Shown in pieces: positions 57,501 to 64,000 of a DNA stretch of 64,000 bases (its first letter is position 1; each line of letters opens with the position of its first letter). The notes beneath the pieces were generated by a model, which was given only the letters and a program-made list of their open reading frames with translations, did not search any database and was not told the origin of the DNA. Made by a program: the position numbers and the translations under genes. Origin of the DNA: Eledone cirrhosa (taxonomy: Eukaryota); the NCBI GenBank assembly GCA_964016885.1, contig OZ024740.1:46686001-46750000 (forward strand), written 5' to 3'.

Positions 57501-60500
57501 CACCAACATGAGTACCTTACATAGTGGACTAGTGGTTGTTATTGTGTCACTAGCATGGCCACCTTATAGGTTGAACTGAGAACTTTTAGTCATTTCAGCA
57601 GCTTTATGGGAGAGCGTGTTCAGCTTTGCATGTTACTATGCATGGGCTGGTTGGTGGAGAATGCACCTTCCAACATAGTCTAGTAGTCAGTGATTTGTTA
57701 ATTAGGGCTAGACAAACTTGGAGACAGAGGGAAACTTGGAGGAGAAGGATATACAAGTTGAAAGAACCCTCAGACTCTAACAAATTTAGGAATATTTTAC
57801 TTGATGCTTTTGACAATAAGGAAGAAGAAATAACGATATAAAATATAGAGAGTTCTTGAAAGATAATCTACTTAAGGCTGCAAATAAGGTATGGGGCTGA
57901 AGCAGAGGTCCAAAGAATAGGAGAGTGACTTGGTGGTGGAATAAAAGAGTGAATGAAACAGTTAAAGCCAAGAGAGAGGTATGGAAAGAATGACAAAATG
58001 GGGGAAGCAGAGAACTTTACCAAGAAGCCCAGAGAGAGGCTAGGCTAAAAGTATATTTTGCAAGGAGGGGAAGCAGAAAATAAAAAGTTTATGCATGTTA
58101 TACGTGAGGTGTTCAGGATTGCGAGGCAATGTGTCAGGAAAAATTGTGATGTTGTTAGAGAGAGGTATGTCTGAGAATACAATGGTATACTTGCCTTCAC
58201 TGACATCAAAAAGAAGGCATCATGGAAATGTAATTTTGAGAGATTGGTGAATGAGGAGTGGTGGGTACTTAGGAAACTAGGAGTAGACAAGTGTCTTATG
58301 AGGGTAGTACAAGCCATGTAAATATGTGCAGTAAACAAGGTTAAAATTAATAATGGGGAGTTTAATATGCAAGTTGGGATCATGAGGGCTCCATCCTTAA
58401 CTTTTTCTTCTTTATTATTGTCCTCGAGGCTATAACAGAAGAGTTTAAAACAGGATGCCCTTGGGAACTCCTGTATGCTGGTGATCTAACTCTCATAGCT
58501 GAAGCTATGGAAAAACTAGAGAAAAAATTCTTGACCTGGAAGCATAACTTGGAATCAACAAGTCTTAAAGGCAACTTGGCAAAGACTAAAGTCTGGGTAA
58601 GTAGAAAGGAAAACAAAGCCCTGATCTCTTCAGAGAAATTGCCCTGCTTAATGTGTAGGAAAGGGATGGGTAAACATTCCCTCCTCTGTCTCAAATGCAA
58701 TCTATGGGTACACAAGAGATGTAGCAGGATCTCAGGCAGGCTAGTAAAGAATGGAGGTTTTACATGTGGTCAATGCACAGGAGCAGTAAGCAGCACTCAC
58801 AGAAAACAAGCTCTATCAAATTTTTAGAGGGTTCTGTAGAAGCAGTTGACAGCTTCTATTACCTGGGTGACCAAATTAGCAATGGAGGTGGGTGTTTCAA
58901 AAGTACAGTAGCTAGAGTGAGAACAGGATGGAGAAAGTTCAGGAACCTACTACCACTGCTAGCTACAAAAGGTTTTTTCTTCTCCCACATATTCCTGAGA
59001 GGGTTATGAGGGTAGAGTCCTCAAACACTCCTGTCAGAAGCAACTGTCTTCAATTGATTTGGCTGAGTTCATGGATGCTATTCAACCATCTTGCTCGGGG
59101 TCTATCCCTAGGTCTCCTGCCATTTGGTTTTGTCCATAAAATCTGTCCAGTGATTCTTTCCTGAGACATTATAACCACATGCCTGTAGTATCGGAGCTGT
59201 GATCTCTCAATTTGGAGAAGTAGCAGCTTTACCTGGATCGGCTCTCTGATCTCGTAGCTATGGACTCTATTGAGTAATGCTACTCCAAAGACCCTTTGGA
59301 GGAAGCCCATTTTGGCCGCTTCTTTTTGCAATTGTATTCTTTCGGTCATTGCCCAAGATTCATGACCATGGGTAAGGGTTGGCACAAATACCGAATTGAA
59401 GATAGCGAGTTTGGATTTTACACCTACCTCCCTTCTTCTGATTACCAAATGCTGAAGTTGGAGCATTACTGCACCATGCCCTGCAATTCTTGTGCTTAAT
59501 ACAGCCACCTGCCTTCCATCACTCATGAATATGGCCCCGAGATACTTTAATTTCTCTACCTGCTTCAGTGGTACTCCAGTCACCCACGACCTGTTGTAAA
59601 ACAGCTCTGCCAAGAACCTAATATTTCTTCTTCTTTTTCTTCGCCCACTTATTCCTGAGAGGGTCGTGGGGTAGAATCCTCAAACACTCCTTCCAGTGGG
59701 TTCTGTCAGAAGCAACCATTTCCAATTGATCTGTTGGAGATCAGAGAATCACTCAAGGTAGAGCCACTACTTCTCCGAATTGAGAGATCACAGCTCCTAA
59801 TGATATTTAATTATAAAAATGCAATAGGGTTTTTTTTAAACATCAAATAGCTATGGGGTTCCATCAGGGTAAAATGGAAATCAAAGGGTCTATAGGTAAA
59901 AGGTTGAGAACCACTGCCGTAAATCCAATGACTAGTCTTATCACAGTCTGTGTCACATTGACGCATCATGAGAATTATGTTAAGGGTGCACATGCATGCG
60001 GAATTTCGCGAACTGGTTGTTCCGTTGTTACATTCTTTGTTGGAACGACAGAGGTCCAACAACCATTATGTGGTTAAGGGGCGGGGCTGAGGTGAGCACT
60101 GGATGGTACCTTCAAAGAACAAAAATACATTTAGAAAAATAAAACGTTAACCAAAGTAGCTGGTCAAAAAAATTCCGTAGGGAATTGGAGATCCCACCCA
60201 GAATATTTCGAAGCCATACCACTGAGACACCAGCATCTGGTAACGACGGGTCTGTAGTTAGGCCGTCGACCTGTTTGCAGAGTTCTTCCCTTCCATCGCG
60301 GTCCCTCCTTAGGAGCCCCAATCACAGATCTGGCCATCGAGTCAACCTTCCAATCAAAGATGGTTGGCCTTGAGCAGCTGCTGAGGAATATCGAAGTTAT
60401 CGAACCCCATCAAGGTTTCTTATACTCAGGAACTACCTGTCTATTCCTAAGCCCCTCTCACAGATTTCCGTCCTGCCTCCAACGCTTCGACGACCTAATC

Positions 60501-61544
60501 TTCGAGAGACTCAAGTGCCTGGTCAATGTTAGACTATCTCCAGAGTCCCGCGATCAGGCTGCGTTGCCCAAGCGATTTGGGTCTTCGTAAGTGTTCGTTC
60601 CTCTCTCTCCCCTGCTTCCTTTACTCCACCCACGCTTGCTCCACCCTGGTGAGCAGCATCCTCTCCTCTCCAATATGGACTAGTTCCAACAGGGAGTTGG
60701 GTGAAGCTCTCCAGCAGTGGAGTGAGTTGGGCTTGTCTCTTCCTGAGAAGGTGGAGGACAGTCGAAGTCAGAGAACTTGGGACAGCATAAGTTCGAAGGC
60801 CATCTTTGACTCCCTCTTCGTCCAGTCAGATCAGTTTGCAAGGTGCTGCTTACTATCTGCCAGCGCCAAATACTCAGGCGACTGGGTTGATGCCCTACCC
60901 ATGGCCAAAGTTGGTGGCCTACTCAACCTGGACGAACTTCGTATCTCCATCGCCCTCAGAGTGGGAGCTGACGTCTGCATGGGTTTGAGGTGCTGATGCG
61001 GCAAACTCCTCTACTCCACAGTTTTTCTTGTCGCCTGAATGCCGGCCGCTTCGCGCGTCACTCGGAGCTAAACCTCATTTTGAAGAAAGCTTTGGCCCGG
61101 GCGAATATCCCCTCAGTCTTGGAATCATCTGGGTTGTCCAGAAGTGACGGCAAAAGACCTGACGGCCTTACCCTGTGCCCCTGGTCGAGAGGCAGGAGCC
61201 TTGTCTGGGACGTCACTGTTAGTGACTCTTTTGCTGTTTCCCACATCCTGGATGTTGCGGTTAGGACGAGCCGTAGCTTCTGCAGCCGAGCGGAGTAAGA
61301 CCCTCAAATACTCTGATCTGTCGGCCAGCTACATTTTTCAGCCTGTGGCTTTCGAGACGTATGGGGGAGTCGGGTCGCTGACTACGAAGTTTCTCTCTTC
61401 ACTGGCGGCTCGCGAGGACGCTTGGCTGTTTCAGCGCATCAGCCTCGCCATCACCTGAGGCAACGTGTGAGTGTGATGGCTAGCCTCAAAAGTCATTAGA
61501 GAGGTTAAACGATGATGATGACACAAACACATATATATATACAA

Positions 61545-61589
<45 letters not shown>

Positions 61590-63624
61590 CACACACACAT
61601 ATATATACACACATATATATATATTAAGAAATCCATACAATTGCGTTTGTAAAAAAACAAATTCACAATGTCAAAAATTAGTTTCACTTTTGAGACCGCC
61701 CGTCTTGACGTATGCCTATATGCTCTGTTTATATTTTCATTCTGAAAGAATTGCAAACGATCTGTAATGTTATTAAAAAAAAAAAAAAAAAGAAATTGTT
61801 ATAAGAGGCAGGTCATTGACACTGAATGTACCTGCAATGCAAATAACATCGGGGAAAAATGGTATGTTGTTATCAGGTGAAATACGTTTAGAATATACAA
61901 CATTCTAAGTATATTTCTGGTTCTAACTCGAGAAAATACAAAGAAAAATAGAAATTGCATGGGTATCTGGCGTAGACGAATTTAATTGATATTTTAATTT
62001 TTTTTTTTACAGTTAACTAAAGGCGTAACCGTCAACATAATATTACAAATAGAAAGAGAAATAAAAAGGAAAGGGAAAAAGAAAGAGAAAAACAAAACAC
62101 ACACAAGCGGGTAATACATAAATCTAGGACAGCATACAACAAAAGGCAGGCGAAAGGTGGACAAACGAACCGCTGCCAGAGAAAAAGATAATATTTTAAT
62201 TAAGGTCTACTTTCAAATTAAACGAAAATAAACAAAACAAAATATTCCGAGAATGAAGTTTAAAACTCCGTCAAACGACCGCGTATTGGCTATCTCGCTG
62301 GTTTTTGATGCTACAAGTACACTCTATACTAAATACACGACCTAATCAGTGAGACTCTACGCGGATATTTAATATGCTAGAAATAGCAGCTAAATCTATC
62401 TCAAATTAACTTCTATCCACCTGAATAAAAGGAAGTTTATATATATATATATGCAGAGGTTATATTTAATTTGTTGGGATTCAACAAGCTTAAACATTTT
62501 TATAACTGATATAAAGCACTCAACAGTTTAGTGGAGTAAATACACAATATATTAATAAATGGAAACTATATTTATAAAACCATATTTGTTTTATTATACA
62601 TATTTCAAGGGCAACCAAGGCAAATTATGGTGCGCTTTCATCAGATAAAATACAGATTTGTTTTATAAATAAATATTGACATACCCGGAAAAAAAAGACA
62701 ACCGTTAAGGTTGTCTTTTTTTCAGGGTATGTCAATATTTATTTATAAAATAAATCTGTATCTCAGACACCACAGTCTGAGATACTTTTGCTCCGTCTTA
62801 AAAGTGAGGGTCACTACTTCTGTAACCGAACGGAACAAAATTCTAAAATACCAACAATTATCAGCAAACAATATTTTTCAGACTATGACGTTTCAGGGAG
62901 CTAAATGGTTAACACTGAAGTTCTTGTTATTGTTGGCGGTTCGCCTTACCAAGCTATTTGATGATGCCTGTGGGAGTGCTTGGTTGTTTCAGCGCCTTAG
63001 CATCGCCATCACTCCTGTTAATGCTGCCAGTGTGTTGGCTTGCCTCAAAAAGTATTAGTGGGAGCGCTCCGGCACACCTTGTGGTGTGCGACCGACGGAT
63101 ATAGTGATTCAATTTAATATTTTCTTTAATCTAGTATTGTATAATTAAAAAAAAATTGAGTTGACTTTATTCAGACACTTTAACATTGAACTTCTATTGG
63201 AATAACCATAATACTAAGGACACATTTGATAATATAGTCCTAGATACACTATGTCAAGGTTGGAAACAACGACAATAAAGTAAATATTGATTACCTCTTG
63301 ACAGTCTGCCCAATGTTGGATTATATCCGAAGTAAAGTTAAAGAATTCTGGTACATCAATTGAAAATGTTCGCTTTTCCTCTTCGTAATGAGAAAAAATT
63401 GTTGGTGAGTTTGATAGAGTGGATTTGTAACAGCTGTTGTTTAGGAATATATTACACTTTGAATGAATTGTAACATTGCCCGAACTAATGCGAATATTGT
63501 TACGACATGAAAATGCAGAGGGATTAGAAATATGAAGTGCTCTGTAACGTGAATTTGATGTACAATTAAGTAATAGCTTTCTCCACACACTCGATGATTT
63601 AAACAAAAAGTTTTGGCAAAACAT
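14991..63624 (-). CDS. ACSM3: Medium-chain acyl-CoA synthetase (ACSM family, ACSM3-like), mitochondrial; exons 1-11 of a gene that continues left of the window
   Basis: Manual splicing of 11 exons gives one 450-codon open frame with ANL adenylate-forming motifs: VPEFFNF..D....W, ILPRVPEWW, PGTTQL...DIKYRL, FTSGTTSHPKM.EH, SDTGWAK, AGGEP, YEAYGQTET, GSMGK. All introns are GT-AG with matching phases. Orthology to a particular vertebrate paralog is not established. Confidence 0.93.
15249..15622. mobile_element. Non-autonomous DNA transposon/MITE; related copies at about 16698-17032 and 26165-26340
   Basis: Shared internal sequence (AAAGTACATTACTA.AAATCCCATATGTTATAAAAT...); imperfect TIRs TACTCTTGGATCTTAAATAAT / ATTATTTGGGACCTGAGAGTA in the 16.7-kb copy. 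Confidence 0.65.
16040..16230 (-). mobile_element. SINE family B (GAGTTCAAATCCCGCCGAGGTTAACTTTGCCTTTCATCC...); other copies about 19370-19515(+), 26590-26725(+), 27702-27845(-), 34345-34533(+)
   Basis: Repeated about 190-bp element with pol III B-box (GAGTTCAAATCC) and shared tail GTGCCAAAAGTAGAAACAATTAT. Confidence 0.85.
18174..18395. repeat. Imperfect palindrome with about 100-bp arms (foldback/MITE-like)
   Basis: AATTTATAAGATGTAG...GTAAAGATCCTTAGAGATGG is complementary to CCATCTCTTAGGATCTTTAC...CTACATCTTATAAATT. Confidence 0.85.
18630..18704 (-). CDS. ACSM3: ACSM exon 10 (NEELISQWKNGTGLELYEAYGQTET)
   Basis: aatttcag| acceptor, |gtatgt donor, 75 nt; YGQTE motif. Confidence 0.94.
19520..24686 (+). 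mobile_element. Near full-length, inactivated L1-group (Tx1-like) LINE: decayed ORF1 with Cys knuckle, ORF2 with APE endonuclease, RT and C-terminal CCHC
   Basis: ORFs 21046..21534 (LNVRGL, GDWN), 21677..22351 (SDHKLV, GPGYWKLN), 22188..24434 (SPGLDGLP, DQSKAFDRV, RQGCP, YADD, CPRC..ETVAHTLVHC); stop and frameshifts; ends AAATAAAAAGAAA. 5' boundary approximate. Confidence 0.9.
24762..25513 (+). mobile_element. Probable non-autonomous Helitron/Helentron (DINE-like) element, with about 155-bp segment 25138-25295 duplicated at 25716-25872
   Basis: Starts ACTAGCTGAATTAACCGGCATTGCCTGGG; ends with (GACA)n then TTTATATATATAGA; direct duplication visible. Family assignment from recalled end motifs only. 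Confidence 0.5.
26362..26490 (-). CDS. ACSM3: ACSM exon 9 (VLEKYSISVFCMPPTALRLMVQEDLKKYNFKNLRHCIAGGEPV)
   Basis: attttcag| acceptor, |gtaaga donor, 129 nt, phase 0 to 0. Confidence 0.93.
26750..26935 (+). mobile_element. RTE LINE 3' fragment (same family as 59040-59615)
   Basis: RY.GHVVRM..ER...RRPRGR..ARW.DNI motif. Confidence 0.7.
28021..28183 (-). CDS. ACSM3: ACSM exon 8 (YLLTATQSDIIWNLSDTGWAKSAWSSFFAPWLAGACVF...FDPKSVLQ)
   Basis: cttttag| acceptor, |gtatgt donor, 163 nt, phase 2 to 0; overlaps ORF 27895..28206. Confidence 0.95.
28852..28972. repeat. GC-rich 121-bp hairpin (56-bp arms, 9-nt loop)
   Basis: Outer 31 bp perfectly complementary; inner 25 bp with 6 mismatches. Confidence 0.95.
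29094..31100. repeat. 25-bp minisatellite (AYAGAGACAGGATCACAATRGAGAA), about 80 copies
   Basis: Tandem array varying mainly at two positions; explains the repetitive ORFs 29313-31049. Confidence 0.99.
31460..32640 (-). mobile_element. Penelope-like element reverse transcriptase remnant
   Basis: ORF 31512..32156 (ANKGG.VV.W, YFLPKLYKP.NPG.PIVS...CPTE), then after a frameshift FTLDIKSLYTVIPH and GVAMGTRMSPSYANLFV; upstream boundary approximate. Confidence 0.85.
32747..33468 (-). mobile_element. Full-length family A SINE with an internal 49-bp unit amplified about 10 times (32863-33355)
   Basis: Head at 33468, core CTTGAGCAAGACACTT, (ATG)n tail; unit ACAGTGAGTGCTGGGTGCTTTTTTGCCATGGCGCCTACACGTCCACTTT. 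Confidence 0.92.
33759..34350. repeat. Diverged direct duplication (about 33759-34030 and 34141-34350)
   Basis: GAAGAGATAAGACACACTCTACTCTGAAAGGCTAAAATGAATCACTAGAG and CCATCAAAGGCTACAGGCCAT both occur twice. Confidence 0.8.
34785..38238 (+). mobile_element. Near full-length degenerate RTE-clade LINE (APE endonuclease, RT with PHD-like insert, 3' UTR, (ATG)n tail)
   Basis: ORFs 34871..36118 (GTINV, GDFNGHVG, QIDFIL), 36313..36852 (DLEKAFDRVP), YADDL near 36990, 37094..37942; several stops and deletions. Confidence 0.95.
38240..38680 (+). mobile_element. Old LINE 3' fragment (CR1/L2 group)
   Basis: LQKRA.RII and FSYSYHGP.VWNN motifs. Confidence 0.55.
38916..42090 (+). mobile_element. Internally deleted Ty3/Gypsy LTR retrotransposon: 5' LTR 38916-39775, PBS, integrase remnant about 40180-41430, PPT, 3' LTR 41643-42090
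   Basis: Two homologous LTRs starting TGTAGTAAGCAAA and ending TTCTGCTAAA; 4-bp TSD CACC (38912-38915 and 42091-42094); PBS TGGTGACC at 39777; purine tract AGAGGGG before the 3' LTR; integrase HHCC, HIDLVGP, TRWPEAIP, GPY motifs. Confidence 0.93.
39104..39488 (+). mobile_element. Full-length family A SINE inserted in the 5' LTR
   Basis: A box TAGTGGTTAGA, B box GAGTTCAATTC, RTE-like tail; absent from the 3' LTR at the matching position. Confidence 0.92.
42293..42414 (-). CDS. ACSM3: ACSM exon 7 (CVKTRASDPMMWFFTSGTTSHPKMTEHTQASYGLGHMNTSR), ATP/AMP-binding P-loop
   Basis: tattgacag| acceptor, |gtaagt donor, 122 nt, phase 0 to 2. Confidence 0.94.
42386..42676. repeat. Seven tandem about 42-bp copies of the intron 6/exon 7 junction
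   Basis: Unit ATAGGATCAGAAGCTCTTGTTTTGACACACTGTCAATATAAA; the first copy overlaps exon 7. Confidence 0.93.
43180..43788 (-). mobile_element. 5'-truncated RTE copy (3' end and UTR), same subfamily as 44250-47545
   Basis: Close match to 44250-44885; ORF 43550..43735 GRPRKTWD. Confidence 0.9.
44250..47545 (-). mobile_element. Young 5'-truncated RTE LINE with a 928-codon uninterrupted frame (partial APE plus complete RT)
   Basis: ORF 44631..47417 (GDLNGHVG, QVDYIL, DLEKAFDRVP, QGSVLSP, YADD, FRYLG, GRPRKTW); 3' UTR and (ATG)n tail; flanked by (AT)n. The track start is GTG and an in-frame TAG lies just upstream. Confidence 0.96.
48349..48890 (+). mobile_element. Two adjacent family A SINE/RTE-tail pieces; another at about 52470-52700
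   Basis: AAATGAGGTTGGTGTTAGGAAGGGCATCC...(ATG)n. Confidence 0.85.
48928..48982 (-). CDS. ACSM3: ACSM exon 6 (SDWLNFTELMATATESTE)
   Basis: tatttgtag| acceptor, |gtaaaa donor, 55 nt, phase 2 to 0; WLNF.EL motif. Confidence 0.88.
50086..51000. mobile_element. Cluster of about six family B SINE copies, plus-strand copies (to about 50598) followed by minus-strand copies
   Basis: Repeated GAGTTCAAATCC...CCTTTCATCC motifs, then their reverse complements. Confidence 0.85.
51345..51785 (-). mobile_element. LINE 3' fragment with (ATT)n tail
   Basis: CF...VAETWNKL motif and short-repeat tail. Confidence 0.55.
52128..52189 (-). CDS. ACSM3: ACSM exon 5 (CSDSCPTLKTKLYVGPQSTNG)
   Basis: ctcttcag| acceptor, |gtaagt donor, 62 nt, phase 0 to 2; CP.LKTKL motif. 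Confidence 0.9.
53374..53492 (-). CDS. ACSM3: ACSM exon 4 (IIACPGTTQLRVADIKYRLLHSGAKCIVASEETQSLINE)
   Basis: ttatgtag| acceptor, |gtaac donor, 119 nt, phase 1 to 0. Confidence 0.94.
53545..54337 (+). mobile_element. RTE LINE RT fragment (different subfamily)
   Basis: ORF 53705..54340: YADDLVL, WPCSIC...CTQC..WVHKRC...CGRC. Confidence 0.9.
54772..54884 (-). CDS. ACSM3: ACSM exon 3 (AANVLQSSCGLKKGDCVMIILPRVPEWWVLNLAAIKAG)
   Basis: tttttag| acceptor, |gtaac donor, 113 nt, phase 2 to 1. Confidence 0.94.
55520..56408 (-). mobile_element. Degenerate mariner (Tc1/mariner) transposon, one end retained
   Basis: ORF 56047..56232 resembles a mariner N-terminal HTH (TVQKWAAEFRRG); end TA-CAAGGGTGTGCTAAAAAGTTC; frameshifted. 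Confidence 0.8.
56450..56550 (-). CDS. ACSM3: ACSM exon 2 (YDEDPAKSLAFWFADGTGQEIKWTFKDLMKLSNK)
   Basis: ttttgttag| acceptor, |gtaagt donor, 101 nt, phase 0 to 2. Confidence 0.92.
56975..57199. mobile_element. piggyBac-like MITE (TTAA-CCCTTT...AAAGGG-TTAA); related copies 51126-51342 and 51789-52018
   Basis: TIR CCCTTT(A/C)GCATTT with TTAA flanks; three homologous copies of about 220 bp. Confidence 0.8.
57650..58980 (+). mobile_element. Old, deleted RTE LINE copy
   Basis: Colinear similarity to 35640-37490 (ECTFQHSLVVSDL, VTWWWN, GCPWELLY, WVHKRCS). Confidence 0.88.
59040..59615 (-). mobile_element. RTE LINE 3' fragment (second RTE family)
   Basis: ORF 59050..59613: KYLG..F..DGR, PTLT.G.ESW, QLRY..HV, GRRPR.RPR.RW. 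Confidence 0.8.
60330..61515 (+). mobile_element. CRE-like non-LTR retrotransposon 3' portion with restriction-like endonuclease; older fragment at about 62790-63060
   Basis: Frameshifted ORFs 60526..61458: SGDW..ALP, RISIALRVG, H.FSC....GRFARH, DGKRPDG.TL.PW..GR.LVWDVTV, K..KY, F.PVAFET.G, WLFQRISLAI. Confidence 0.75.
62651..62760. repeat. Near-perfect palindrome (about 52-bp arms, 5-nt loop) in intron 1
   Basis: TACAGATTTGTTTTATAAATAAATATTGACATACCC...GACAACC-gttaa-GGTTGTC...GGGTATGTCAATATTTATTTATAAAATAAATCTGTA. Confidence 0.92.
63295..63624 (-). CDS. ACSM3: ACSM exon 1 (ATG; MFCQNF...VPEFFNFTSDIIQHWADCQE), probable mitochondrial presequence
   Basis: ATG at 63624, donor GAG|gtaatc, 330 nt, phase 0; about 80 N-terminal residues without Asp/Glu. 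Confidence 0.88.
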
Positions 63625-64000
63625 TTTCGTATATTCTATTTTGCTTTTCCTCTCTTAATTATTGTAGTTATTAAAATGACACTTGAATAAGAATATATGA
63701 TAATAGGCACAGAGTAATGTACGCTACGGTTGGTCAGATAATCTTAAAATAGGTTCCCACCCTATATATATATATATATTCAAGATGCCCCCCCACCCCC
63801 CATGTATACACTCTTCAACAGCATTCTAATCAAAGTGTGTATACATATTTGGGGGACACCCTGTGTATATATAATGTGTGTGAGTGTATGTATGTATATA
63901 GACGCATACACATGTAATTGTATGTTGATGCATTAAGTACTAGAATTACTTTTTTGGGTTAACGAAAAAAAACAAAACTATTTAGTATCTGACCCAATAA

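Overview
AT-rich, repeat-dense animal genomic DNA. The repeat content (tRNA-derived SINEs, abundant RTE LINEs, (AT)n/(ATG)n microsatellites) suggests an octopus or other coleoid cephalopod; this is inference only. The window is almost entirely the 5' part of one minus-strand gene, a mitochondrial medium-chain acyl-CoA synthetase (ACSM family). I traced 11 coding exons with GT-AG boundaries and consistent phases (63624 down to 14991, 1350 nt, 450 codons), and the gene continues off the left edge. Its introns hold a >14.6-kb 44-bp satellite with higher-order structure, a 25-bp minisatellite, a Tx1/L1-type LINE, several RTE LINEs, an internally deleted Gypsy element with both LTRs and a TSD, Penelope-like, CRE-like and mariner remnants, two SINE families, MITEs and three long hairpins. 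The most notable observations are: a PHD-type C4HC3 finger embedded in the RTE reverse transcriptase; a Ser (AGT) at the conserved Gly of the ACSM P-loop that a single A-to-I edit would restore; seven tandem copies of the exon-7 splice acceptor; and a hairpin whose mismatches are mostly G-U pairs on the transcribed strand. No prokaryotic-type system (CRISPR etc.) is supported.
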